A stretch of 64,000 nt of DNA from assembly GCA_016748015.1 (NCBI GenBank), contig JAAOMT010000664.1, forward strand, positions 1,611,892 through 1,675,891, written 5' to 3'. The notes below the pieces were generated by a model that worked only from the letters and a program-made list of their open reading frames with translations, was not told the origin of the DNA and ran no database searches. The position numbers were made by a program, and so were the translations under genes. Of the stretch, positions 1-13,000 are shown piece by piece (position 1 is the stretch's first letter; each line of letters opens with the position of its first letter). This DNA is from Geosiphon pyriformis uo1 (lineage: Eukaryota; Fungi; Glomeromycota).

Positions 1-2638
1 AAACATTTCATTTATTACACACATTAATAGGAATGAGTTCTATAACTTATGATTAGATAAAAAACTGCAAACACCAAATATGCAAACTGTTTATCTAAGA
101 TTACCTTTCTTAAAACAAAATTGACAAAAAATCAAATATTCAAATGAGCCTTAGCCATGCTAGGTTTTGACAAATCCTCAAAAAACAAAAAAATACCCAG
201 ATAGTAGTGCAACTCTCTTTTTTTGGCAACAGAAATAGGCAAGCCACTGATAGTTAGATAAGAGTCCTTGACCCAACAGTTAATAAAAATGACTACAGTT
301 TTGTCATTATTAATAGAAATATCATTAAACTGAAAAAATTCACTTGCAATATTGAAAAAAGCACTAGTAGCAAAAAACGAAGTCAACCTGGCCTAAGATT
401 CTGCTCTGCCAGTTTTAAAAATAAAATAAGAATTTAATCTATAACCACACACACTTTCTTGCCTTTTATTTTACACAGGAGTAAATCATAAAATATGTGC
501 CACAAAAGAGATGAGAAAACCTTCTCTTGATCCAATCTATTATGAACACAGTACTCACCAGTCAGGCCAAAATTTGTCATTACTTTGTTAATGCAACTAT
601 TGTAAAGATCTCCAAAAAATTTAATAAATTTGTTACATATTTTGATTTTTGTCAAACTCCTCCTAAAATGTTTCCAACCAACAGAATTATAGGTCTTATG
701 CATGTTCTGTAAGACTAGCCAAAGTTCTCGATTCTTCTCCAAAGCATTTTCAATAACAGAACCAATGGCAAAAATAAGAGATTGTGTCATCATATCTCTC
801 AAAACAAAAAAGTTATCTCCATAGAGAACATCAAAAATACTGCAAGCCAAAGAAATTCTGTCAGAAAGAATTTTAGAAAGAATCTTGTGGGCTGTTTTAA
901 TCAGAGCAATAGGATGAGTATTTGTAAAAACATCCTTCTATTCATAAGGTTTGGGAATCATTGAAACCCAAGCTTTTTTTTAAGGCTTAGGCACTAATTT
1001 ACAAGTTAAACAAAAGTTCAAAAACACCAACAGCATATCTAACACCAACTTGTCATAATGTTTCCACAACTTATTCAGGATGCCAAAAAGATCAGCAGCT
1101 TTCCTATTTGGCAGATTCAAGACCACAGCAAACATTTTATCAAACCCAATTAGACACATTATATCAGAAAAAGCACTATTAAAAACATAATCTAAAGGCT
1201 GATATTGGTGAAACCAATTATTAAAAATGTCAGATACCACTTTACACTTTCTAGTCCATCTCTTCATGATCATATCTACTTTAGATTTAACCAAATCTGG
1301 ATCCAGTACCAACTCATTATCTACAATCAAATAATCCAGCATTATCTTATAAAAAGAATGTTCTAAAACACTCTTAATGATGTGACCCTTATCCAACTGA
1401 AAATTTTTTATTCTTTTATTAATAGCTGTCTTGATGCAAGACTTCTTTATATGCTTGGACTCCAATATTTTAGAAGAGCAGTAAGACTTCCTTGCTTTAG
1501 CTTGAGCTGAGCAAATTATGTCAAAATTAGACTCTGAAAGAAATAAAAATTTTACTACCAATGCGCCAACTACATTAAGTCTAATTCATGCATTCAACAG
1601 TACTACAAAGTCTCCACTAGAAACCAAATGGGAAGTCTTAACCAATCTGAATACCAACAACTCCTTGGTGAAAATCTTATTATAATCTTTAGACCATTTT
1701 TTTTTGAATATCTCATTAGCCAAAAGAGTCATTGTTTTGTAAACAACATCCCACATTGCATTCAAATCTGAAAACTTTACAGAGACTGCAAACTTGCTAA
1801 AGAATATTGCTGTATTGGCCACTGTAGTGTCTTTAAAATTGTTTTATTTTGTATTATTAGCACCCTTAAAATTAAATTTCCAACAGTTCCTATTAGCTTG
1901 CTTGTGAATAGAGTTCAATTGCACATCCAAAAGCCCACCCAAACTCACAGACACAAAAATTGCTTGGTGATCAATGTCAAAATATTCATTAACATCCATA
2001 ACATTGTAATTTACCACTGTATTAACCAAACTTGAAGAAATGAACACATAATCAATTGTTTTTTCTGAACTCCTTGAATTATTTCAAGTTGGAATTTTTG
2101 CAAATAAACTCTCTGACAAAAAATTAACCAGCTCCAAATTGAGGCACTTCTTGAAACTCACACATCTACAAAAACCATTCTCATTGAAATCTCCACTTAA
2201 TACAACAAAAAATGACTCGTTTACAGTCTTGGCTATCAGAGAATTAATATCATCAGCCTAAGAAAAATGAACAGCCAAGGAGGCACCAGCATAAAGTCCT
2301 AGAATCAAAACAGAAAGTTTATTCTTAAAAAGCAACTTGACAGAGAGAAGCCAACCAGACACTTCAGAAATCTTATATACATGATAAGCCAGAGAAGCAT
2401 TCATAATGATTGCCACCCCAGTACCAAAAAATTTCTTGTCCAACCCAGATGAAAAAACCCTAACTCAACTGAACTTATCCTTAATCCATAGTCTACAACT
2501 AGATCTCAATTTTGTTTCCATAACAATCGAAACCAAGTTCCTAAAATTTTTATGTCAATGGATAATGTCTTTTTGCTTTGAAAAAACATTAATACTGCAA
2601 ACATTACATGTAGCAATCCTCTACACAAAATCACTTAT
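1..2638 (-). pseudogene. LINE ORF2 (APE endonuclease + reverse transcriptase), disrupted
   Basis: IATCNV..N, ETKL, GTGVAIIMN, GDFNE, IDYVF, IDHQAI (APE motifs); LQNMHKTYNSV (~LQDMRKAYDSV), LDQEKVFSSLLW (~GLDQGEVFSPLLW), YYLGIF (RT motifs). Confidence 0.9.
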
Positions 2639-4603
2639 TGAGGAGTAAGAGAAGCTAATAAACCCAATCCAGAGCATAGGCAATTCAACTTTTTCAAAAC
2701 CAATTCAACTGACACTTTCAAAGCTATTATCTTAGATTCCAATTTACCTACCTTGGTGGTCAGAACCTTAGAGCTACTCAAGTTAAAATCAGCAATTGTG
2801 TCCACAATGACCAAAAAAAAAAAGGCAAAAGATGTCAACATATTATTAAAGATCATATCCAAATTCAAATTAGAGGCCAAACATGCTTAAGTAACTAAAG
2901 AGAACATATGAAATGTATTTACCAGAGGCATCAACTCAATAGAGCTCAGCTTACTCATGATAATAGAAACCTGATTCAACAAAAACTCCAAAAAGTGTTC
3001 CAAAGAAGCCAAATGATCAACCAAACAAGAATTACCAAGAGAATTAAGGACTATTGAAATGGGTTTTGCATCCAAAAACACACTAGTACCAAAAAAGTCT
3101 AATAAGATTGCATGAGCAGAAGAACCACCAGCAATCTGGGCCCAAGTTTTGCCACCAAAAAAAACTGGACAAACAATAGATGCCTGTTTTTTTTATAAAT
3201 ATTGACCAACCAAACATGATTCTAAGAAGTTATTACCTACTTACCATAACCACCAGAATTTCCACCAGCCAAACACACATCAAAAATATGACCAAAATGT
3301 TTACACTTGGTGCAACAAGCCAGAGAAAAACCAGCCCAACACAAATTCACACCCTTAAACACTGAAGTAGAACCAATAACAATCAATTTGGATGCTTCAT
3401 TAGCAAAACACACTATCACACATCTATTACACACATATAAACTGGGATTATGGCCAATGAAACAAGTTTTTTCACCATATAATTCCAACAAACTAGACAA
3501 ATCATGAACTGTGGTTCTAACTAGAAGAGTATACAACAGAGCCTGATAATAGTCTTTTGTTATTCATAATTCTTTGTTATTAACAGCCAAAGTCACACAT
3601 ACTAAATCCTTTCTCATAAAAACCAACTATTTGGAAGCAACTAAACTAGCTACATTCAATAACTCAAATTTCACCAAGACCTTTTGCCAAAGACCAATCA
3701 GTTGCATTTTGATCGAAACAATCTTGCCAAATTTAGAAAAAACAGATTCCACAACTAATTTGAGAAAATCTATTGGGATCTTTTTCACAACAATTTCTTA
3801 ATTTGTGTATTTGTTTATTTGCTTAACATCATCATTAACTAAAATTTTCTCACTAACAGCCAATTTCTTTGTCTTTTTCAAACTTAAATCAGATGTAAAA
3901 AATAATTTAATAATATCTGAAAATTTTGAGGAAGTTGAAGCTCTCCCAAAACCATCCATACAATAAAAGATTTTTTTGACAGAAATTAATTTATTACTAA
4001 CAGTTTTACTAAGCACTGTAAAGAGCTTAATATCAAGCACAAATAACTTAGCCAAATTAAAACTTTGTTTTTTTGATACATGTGACTTAAATGGTAGCAA
4101 CTAATTGGACCCATTGAATTTAGGAGAAGAAAGTTCCAAGACCTTATTATTGTTGTTCATGTTATTATATGAAGGCACTTTTGGGAGGTGGCCTAACACT
4201 ATATATATATGTGCGAGTCTTCTTTATTATTCACCAAATTATCTGACTCTACATAACTTATTTCCTTAGCAATAGTGTTTTTTATATTTTCAACATCAGA
4301 AAGCCCACTAATACTACTTGCAATGCTGCCAACATTGCTTCCCCAGAACACCACAGATTTAATATTGACAACATCAATATTTTTTAAGCTTAAAGAGCCA
4401 ACAAATAAGTCAATTATACTACTAGTCATTGACATCTTTGGTTTTTTGTAGGATGCACTACGAGAGTAGATAGTGTCCACACACTTCTTTTTTATATTCA
4501 GACAAGTTTCCAAACCAGTTGTACCAGTATTAAAACTACTAACAGATGTGCTTACAGATTCTATAATGACAAAAATAGGAGTATTTAAAGAAATAACTAA
4601 CAA
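2635..4603 (-). pseudogene. LINE ORF1 (tandem RRM-like domains, CCHC knuckle, C-terminal coiled coil), disrupted
   Basis: KKIPIDF..VESVFSKFGKIVSIKMQLIGLWQK (RRM-like); CTKCKHFGHIFDVC (CX2CX4HX4C); ends KVGKLESKIIALKVS...LTPQ*. Confidence 0.85.
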
Positions 4604-4649
4604 AAAAAGAGAGAAAGAAAAAAAATAAAAGGAAAAATACTATATTTTC

Positions 4650-7392
4650 GACAAATTTTATCACTCTCATCATAAATAGGAAATTAATAAGAGAAAAAAT
4701 TTTTTTAGATGTTATCAATAATTACAATTTGAATTTTTATTTGTTATACAAAAAACACAACTATTAAAATTTTTAAATTATATTACTAATTTATAATATT
4801 AATTTATAAATTATTAAACTATATATTTATTTATAATATTATAGACTTTAATAAATACTATAAACAAAAATATTATTAATAATAAACTTATTAAACTCTT
4901 AATTGTAAATAAAATAAAGAAATTAACTTATTATTTAAAATTATATATTAGAGTTTTTTTTAATAAAATATTAAAAAATATTAAATAAATAAAATATTTT
5001 TTTATTATTTAATTTAATAATTTCAAATAAAAGTTTGTAATTATTAAAAAAATTATTAATAAAAAACCAGTTTGTAATTTTGCTAAAATCTGAATTTGGT
5101 TTTTTTAAGCTGTTTTTTTTATAAATATTAATTTAGCAAAATTTATATAAATTAGCTTTTAATTTTTTTATTTATATATTTAATTATTTAATATTTTTAC
5201 AAATTTTTTTAATTTTTTTGTAAATTAGTTGTTACTTAAAAACTTATTTTATTTTTTATTAAAATAGTTTTAAAACTTAATTAATTATTGTTTTAGTTAT
5301 TATTTGATTAATTATTACTTGATTTTTTAGTATTTAATAACTTGAGATTTAATTTTATATTGTTTTAATATTTTTTATAGTAGTTAAATAATATTTATTT
5401 TGTTTTAACATAATAAAAAAATTTAATTATAAAAATATTTTAAATCAACAAATGTTTTATTTTTGCTTTTTTAAAAAAACATATAATATATTTATTTGTA
5501 TATAATATCAATAAAATAATTATTAATATTTTTATATATATTATATAATATATATATTAAGAAATTTAATAATAATATAATATTTAATATTTTTTAAGTA
5601 TTTATATTATATATAAAATATATTATTATTATTGGTTAAAATTAAATATAATTTTAATATAAATATAATTTAAGCTATAAATTTTGAAATCTAATAAAAC
5701 AAAACTTTAAATATTTAAATAAGATTAAAATTATATTAAAATTATTAATAAATAAATATTTTTGCTTATTTAATATTATTTTTTTTAGCTTTAAAATATA
5801 TATTATGTGGTTTTTTTTGTTTAATAAAGTAATAATTTTTTACTTTTTATTTTTTATTTATTTATTTAATTTTACAAATTTATATTTTTAATAAACTTCA
5901 AATTTATTTATTTTAAATATTTTTTTAAATATTTTTTAAGTATTAATTATTAATAAATTTATATTATTATATATATATTTATAAAAAATATGTTTATATA
6001 ACAACAAATATCAATTTTTTAATTTTATTGTTTTAATAAAGTGTATTAATATAATATATTATAAAATATAACTTAAATTAGACATAAATTATACATTTTT
6101 TACATATAATTAACTATTTAAATTAGTCAAAACATTAATTAAACTAAATTAAAGGAGCCAGAAGTAAATTTATCTTATCAAATTTCTTAATAATACTATT
6201 TAAATTTCTAAAATTAAAATTAAAATTACTAAAAAACAATTTGGTTTTTTTAATACTATTTTTAATTTTAAGATTATATATTTACTATAAAACAATTATA
6301 TAATTTTATAATTTTTCATTTAAAAAAAGTGTTTTAATAGCATTAAACTTTATTTATATTATTAAATTTAAATTTTAGCTTTAAGATTAGCAAAGTTTTT
6401 AAATATATTAGTTAAAAAAAAATAAAGTTTTTAAAAATATTAAATATAATAAACAAATTTTTTTTAACTTTGTAATTTTTGTACATATTTTTAGACAAAA
6501 GAAAAATAATTAAAGTTAACCAAAAAACCAATAAATTTAACAATAAATTTTATTAAAACAGCCAAGTTTTTAATCTAGAATTACTTTTAAGATTAACAAC
6601 AAAAATAATCAAAAAAACAACACAAAAAAAAATCAAAAAAGTAAAAGTTTTAACATAAAATCTATCACTAGTCAAAAATAACACAAAAAATTTAAAGTTA
6701 ACAAAAAATTTGATAGATTATTTGAAAAAAAAAAGATAATACTATACAATTTTTTAACAAATACTTCTAACTTTAATACTTATAGCAGCAATAATATCTA
6801 ATTTTAGTCTTAATTATAACAAAATTTAAAGACTTATAAAAACCAAATATTATAATAACAAAGTATTAATAATATATTAATTTATTTAAATTTAAAAATA
6901 TTTAAAATAGTTAAAAAAAGTTTTTAATTAAGCTTCTAGCAATAACAAATTTTAAAATCAAAAAAACCAAAACAAAACAAGATTTTTAAAATTCAGACAT
7001 TTTTAATAAGTAAAATTTAAAAAAAAATATAATATAAATAATAATAATAATAATTGTTAAAAAAAGAATAATAATGACTAAAAAATTCTATTTTTTATTA
7101 AAAATTAGATTAAAAAATATTGTCAAAATAAAATTAAAGCTTATATAAATATTAAACTTAGAAATATTTATTATTAAGTTTAAAAATACAATTAAAATTA
7201 TTTAAAAAAATAATAAAATACACTAAAAAAAACCATATATAACTTATTAAAAAATCATGAAAAAAAAATATGAAAATTTATTAAAAAAACATATAAAATT
7301 TATTAAAAAAAATATATATAATTTTTTAAATAAATTATATAAAGTTTATTAAATATATATATAAAGTTTTTTATTAAATATATAATAATAAA
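4650..7392. other. Extremely AT-rich, end-stage eroded repeat relic
   Basis: Almost no C/G, almost no CpG, no ORF of 60 aa or more; lies between TEs. Confidence 0.55.
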
Positions 7393-10089
7393 ATTGGGTT
7401 GGATCAAGAGGAAGTTTTTTCACCATTGTTGTAGAGGATCTTTTATGATCCTCTGCTTTGTGAGGTCAAAAGACATGAACAATTGTATGGCTATAGATTG
7501 GATTCTAAATTTTTTATCAGGACAGGTAAAGCTGACCCTAAGGGTAGCAGAACCTCCTTTTTTGCAGCTGGTGCCTTTGTGGATGATACTATTTGGGTTG
7601 GGAATTGTCTGGCAGCCACACAATGTATTTTGGACATTGTGAGTAAATTTTTTTCAATTAATGATATTGTTATCAACACAGACAAGACAGTTGCCATTCC
7701 TATCAATCGAGAAGCCAGGGAGGTTTCTTTGTCAATCAGTAACTCTAGAATTTCTATTGTCAAGAAGAGTGTGTCTTACCAATACTTGGGGATTTTTTTT
7801 TCTACAGATGGCCTATTTAAGCCAAGTTTGGCCAAAGCCTATTCAGATATCAGGTTTTTTTCAAATGTTGTGCTAAGAAAGGCTGTTACTGAGAAGCAAT
7901 TTTTGTATTTGGTATCTGCTGTTTTACAACCCATAATTGGTTACAGGTTTCAGTTTAGTTGTATCTTTAAGAGTGTTTGTGAAAAGTGGGACAAAATGTT
8001 GAGGAAGGGGTTAAAGCTCAAGGCCAATCTACCCAAGGATTTTCCAAATGAGGCTTTGTATCATCCGGAATTATACAGTTTAAGAATTTTTGAACAGGTG
8101 TTGGCTGAGAATATATTGGCTGGCTTGGTTGTGTTCGCAAATGCTGGTGAAATCCTCAGTAAACTATTCAAGCACAGAGCCATGGAGTTGCAAGCCACTA
8201 GCTGGATGCTCCAGCACTCTCTAAGAGTTCCAATCAATTTGCTGATTAATTCCACAAATTGCTTTTTGGCTGGTGCGACATGTGTTTTCAAGTTGTGCAA
8301 TCTTTCATTGGGTGGTGATCTGCCTGATGTTTTTCAGGCCAAGCATAGTATTGCAGTTTTAGACGTGCTCAGTTTGAAGTCTTATTTGTGTGTGGTAAAG
8401 TCTCTTAAAAGATATGGCATAGTGTTCGTTTATTAGCTTTTGAACCACCGAGGTGCTTGTTTTGAGTGAAACATTTTTTGCAGGTGGAAGAAGCTGGACC
8501 CTAGAGGCCCAGTTCCTGTTTGGTTCGTCTCATTGGTTGAATTTATTAAAGAAGACGGTTTGTCGAATTGTGTGGCATTGTCTCATTGTTCAGCTCTTGC
8601 TGACTTTCCTTGTGACTTCAGTTACGTTAATGAACGTCTGCTGAATTCTAATTTGAGTTTTGTGACCATCTATACAAACAGTTCCATCAAAAGTTTGGGT
8701 TCATTGGATGCTCATGGTGGTGCTGCTGCCTACTTTCCAGATGCAAACATTAGCATTAGGGTTAAGATGGATGGGTTGTTATTCTCAACTCTGGTGGAGC
8801 TGCAAGCCATTGCACTAGCTTTAGAGTATGTGCCCATTTCTTGGTCTGTTGTTTTGTTTACTGACAGCCAGGCCTCACTAGACTTGTGCGAATCTGGTGG
8901 TGGTGTGTTTAGTCTTGATTTTCATGACAAATGTTGGATCAAAAAGGAACATATTTGCTGTGTCATCTTTAAAAAAGGCTTGTCAGTTACTTGGAACAAA
9001 GTCAAAGGTCATTCTGGTGTTGTTGGGAACAAACGTGCCAATTTCTATGCTGATGTTACTGTTGCCTCTAAGTTCTTTCTGCCCTTTGTGGTTCCTTATT
9101 GCTTTCTAAGAGTTGAAGACAGACCTGTCTTCAAAAATGCTCGTCACGTTGCCAAAAAATTGTTTAATGCTGTTCACTCTGTCAGTTGGGAGGCCAAATG
9201 TGTTGGTAGCTTCATTAAAGCAGGTCTCTGTGACCGTTTTAATAAGACCAATACCTTTTGTGTTTGGCATCTTAATGGCAAGATCAAATCTGGCTACACC
9301 AGTAGTGCATCAGCGACACTTCAGTCATATCTCATGAAAGTGCTCCACCACCACTTACCAGTGGCCAAAAGGAAAAGATTGTACAATCTGAGATATTCAA
9401 GTATTGCATGCAGTGTGAGTTGGTGGAAGACTCCGATCACATGTTTTTCTGCGCTCATAATGCCAATGTTTGGAAAACTTTGTTGTTAAACACTTCTATG
9501 GAGTGGAATGCGGTGTTGGAAATTACTGCCAATGGGAATGTGATTATTAATTCGCTGCATAAGACTGGGTCTTCTATCAACCTATTTATAGTGCTGGCTA
9601 AAAGTTTTGTGTTGAAAGACTGAGTGGCTGACATGATAAGCTGTTTGGGTGCTGGTTTTAGTAGGGGTGCGTTGGTTGTTGATTTTGTTTGTCATTTTGC
9701 TGAGAGTCACAGGTCAGCCATTTGGATACCAGTGGCTAAGTTGAGATCCTATTATGAGAAGCATAACCTTCTGCTGCGAGACGGCTCCTTTCTTTTGTCG
9801 GTGTTTGGTCTGTTTTCCTTGTGGTCTGCTGGATCAATCCGAGATTTTGGTTTCAGATTGGGTGTTCACATATGCTTTGGGTTGCACTCGTGTCTTACAA
9901 AATTGAACTTTGGTTTCTTGAGTGGTTTTTCTGTAGCGGGAATTCTGGATGCGTAGTACTGCCTTGGTTGGCCTGAGTGGCTAGTCACGTGTAGAAAAAA
10001 CATGAGCCACGTTTAATTTAGATTCTGTGTATTCTATATACTTAGGTAGTAGTTGGACTGCACTCATAAAATCTTTAATAAAAAAAAAA
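7393..10089 (+). mobile_element. LINE-B: 5'-truncated LINE (RT C-terminal half, RNase H, Cys/His C-terminus, 3' UTR, poly-A)
   Basis: GLDQEEVF, AAGAFVDDTIW (catalytic DD), YQYLGIF; RNase H motifs IYTNSS, LVELQAIALAL, FTDSQA, KVKGHSGVVGNKRA; CELVEDSDHMFFC; stop at 9956; conserved tail and A-run at 10080-10089. Confidence 0.95.
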
Positions 10090-10099
10090 TAATAATAAT

Positions 10100-13000
10100 T
10101 ATAAATTTCTTTTTTTTCTTTATCTCAAATTCTTAAAAAAGTCAATATTTTTAAAAGAAGTTTTTTTCTGTGTTTATTATAATATTTCTCATTATTTTTT
10201 AAGAAACAAATTTTTTGTTATAGAATTAACTACTACTATGAGTAATTTTGTGCTTAAAAAAAAGCTAGTAAAAGTTTTAATATTAAATTTAGTTAGTAAA
10301 AGTCTGGTTTAGTAACAAAGAGTACTTTTGAGTAATATTAAGTATTTAAAAAATAAAATAAACATAAAATTTAAAAGAGTTAAGTGAATGATTAAACAGT
10401 TTAATAAAATAAATATAGATAAAAAAGAGTTAATAGTCTTTTTTGTTAATGATAATATTAGATATAAAGCTGGCAATAAAAATAAAAGTTATTTTAACTT
10501 AAATATAAACATTTTTAAAGCCAAAAAAATCAATATTAATAATATAATTGGCTCCTCTATTAGAACATTAAAATACAGTTTAGATAATAATAAAGTTTTA
10601 CTCTTTTTTTGTTTTTTAATGCTTTTGAATAAAAAATAAATTAATCTAAAGATTATTAAGACCCAAATAAAAGTACTTGTTAGAATTTTTTTTGCATTGA
10701 ACATTAATTTCTTGGCTGTAAAAGACAAATTAATAACAACAAAGACTTAAATAATCAGAAAAAAAATTTTATTAATTGATGGTTTTGAGAAGATCACTAT
10801 TCTCTTAAAATTTGAAAAGATTATTAAATCTACATTTATGTTTGAGAAAAACATAGAAAAGACTATGTTATTGACCAATAAAAAAAGGATTATAGTAAAC
10901 ACTAATCTCAAAAAACAAAGAGTTTATTCAGATTGAACTGTTATGATCAAAAAAATTTCCATAAATATGTTTAAAAAAATAATCATTATTATAGTATCTG
11001 AGTTTGATTAAATTGTGTTGATCTAATTACAACTAATTGAACTATGGCAGAAAGCTGTAGTGTAGTTTACTAAATAAGTTTAAAAAGATTAATTAGTTTC
11101 TAAATAGTTATTTCTAATTAGAAAAGATTCAGTGCATATAACTAAAACTGTTAAAGATTATAATACTTGGTTGTCAAAAAATTAGTTCAAGATGCCTCTG
11201 TTTATTTTGCCAATAGAAATAATTACTTATAATCTTAGTATGTTATTAGATAGAACTGGTAAAAAAACTTGTGTCATTAATTGATTATTTAATAATAAAA
11301 TTTACTGTACTGTGGTTGGTTTTAAGACTAAGAAGAATTTGAAATTGGTCTTTTATACAAAATCTGTTTTTGGCAGTATAAAACTCTCTTGAATTAGACT
11401 AGATTTAGTTTATTGTAAAAAGTGTAAATGTTTTGAATATTTGATTTTGGAGTGTGATGTATTAAATACATCTATTTTGTTATTTTTAAAAACTTATAAA
11501 AGAATTGTATCAAATAAAAATCATCTTTAGTTGACCAGATTATATGTAAAAAAAAGTGTTTTTATTTTATGTTCTGCTGTTTTTAATAACAAATTATAAG
11601 CACAGCTAGTTTTATTTGTTGTTTTTGCTAATAGTACTTATTTTAGTTTTGGTTCTAGATTTTTTTTTTAATATTTTACATATTGGTAAGAGTCTTCTTG
11701 TTATATAAAGATAATTTGTCTATTAATATTTGTCTGGTTTCTTTGAAATACTTCTTAGAGCTTTTGGCCAATCAAGTGTTTAGTATTGTATAAAAATTAA
11801 GCAATATAAATTTGATATTACTGGTATTTGTTTTTTAATTCTTTTTTTCTGCTGTTTTTGTTTTATTAAATTCAAGATTGAATTTGAATATGGTTTTGAA
11901 TGACCCACTGGTATTATTCTTTTTTTTTTTTTAGTTACAAGAAATAAAACTTTAAATTTAAATTTAAGTAGCTTAAAAGTTTTGACCACCAAGATAAATG
12001 GCTTAAAATTAAAAATAATTGCTTTTAAGATCTCTGTTGATTTAGTTTTGAAGAGATTAAATCAATTGTGTGCTGGCTCAGATTTTTTAGTACATCTTTT
12101 ATTTTTATAAGTAAATTTATTTAGAAAATAGCTATGTACAATATTAAAAATATGAACAATTTGGCTAAACAAAAAATATTGTTTGTTAACACATAAATTC
12201 TGGTTATTTGATATCTACTATTATGGAAATAAAGCTAAGATCTAATATTAAATTGCAAATAAATTTAATAAGATTCAAATTTTTACATCTGGTTTGAATA
12301 AAAATTTTTTGGTGCTAGTATAACAGTTATTATAAACAATTTTTAACTTATCATGTTTTAAAAGTAAAAAAAATTCTTGATTAACTAATTTTTATCTATT
12401 TGTTTTTCAAAAATAAGCTTTTGATTATGGTTTTAAGTTTGTATACTTGTGTTTCTGCTAAAGCAAAAGCTAAACAGATTTTAAAAGTTAATACTATTAT
12501 TGCAGATATAGTAAATTCTAGTTTATTTGTGATATTAGGAGAAAATTTTAATGAGAATAATTTTAGAAAAAATTCAAGTTACAAAAATGTCTAGATTTAA
12601 ATTTAATTAATGCTTTTTAGAGTTTTTTTTAGTTAAAGCACTTTTATGAAGTAATTTAAGAGAGATTAAAAAAGTCATTAATTTTGTTTTTGTATATAAT
12701 AATCTTTTATTTTTATTAGCTAACCAGATAGTTAGGGATGTTTTAAATTTTTTAATATAAATCATAAGGCTAATTTACTTTCAATAGAACTAGGTGGTTT
12801 GTTAAATATTTACATAAATAAAATTTGCACGCAGACTAACAGAAATTGTTGAAAATTCAAGATTAAAAATGTTGATAGTATTAAATAAACTGGCTTTTAG
12901 GAATTTTTTTCTATTAGATTTCTATTATTAATAGACAAATTTAATAAGACAAATAGGAAAAATAATCTAAATACAATATAAAAGCTTTTAAGAAATTTAA

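Larger units (their letters stand above)
1..4640 (-). mobile_element. LINE-A: degenerate non-LTR retrotransposon (ORF1 + APE endonuclease + RT); continues past the left window edge
   Basis: Colinear ORF1 and ORF2 fragments on the minus strand, homologous to LINE-B and LINE-C; pyrimidine-rich 5' leader near 4600-4640. Confidence 0.92.

Noticed and set aside
9970-10000. Hammerhead ribozyme in the LINE tail (CTGA...GAAA)
   Set aside because: The core reads CTGAGTG rather than CUGANGA, and the three-stem geometry cannot be built
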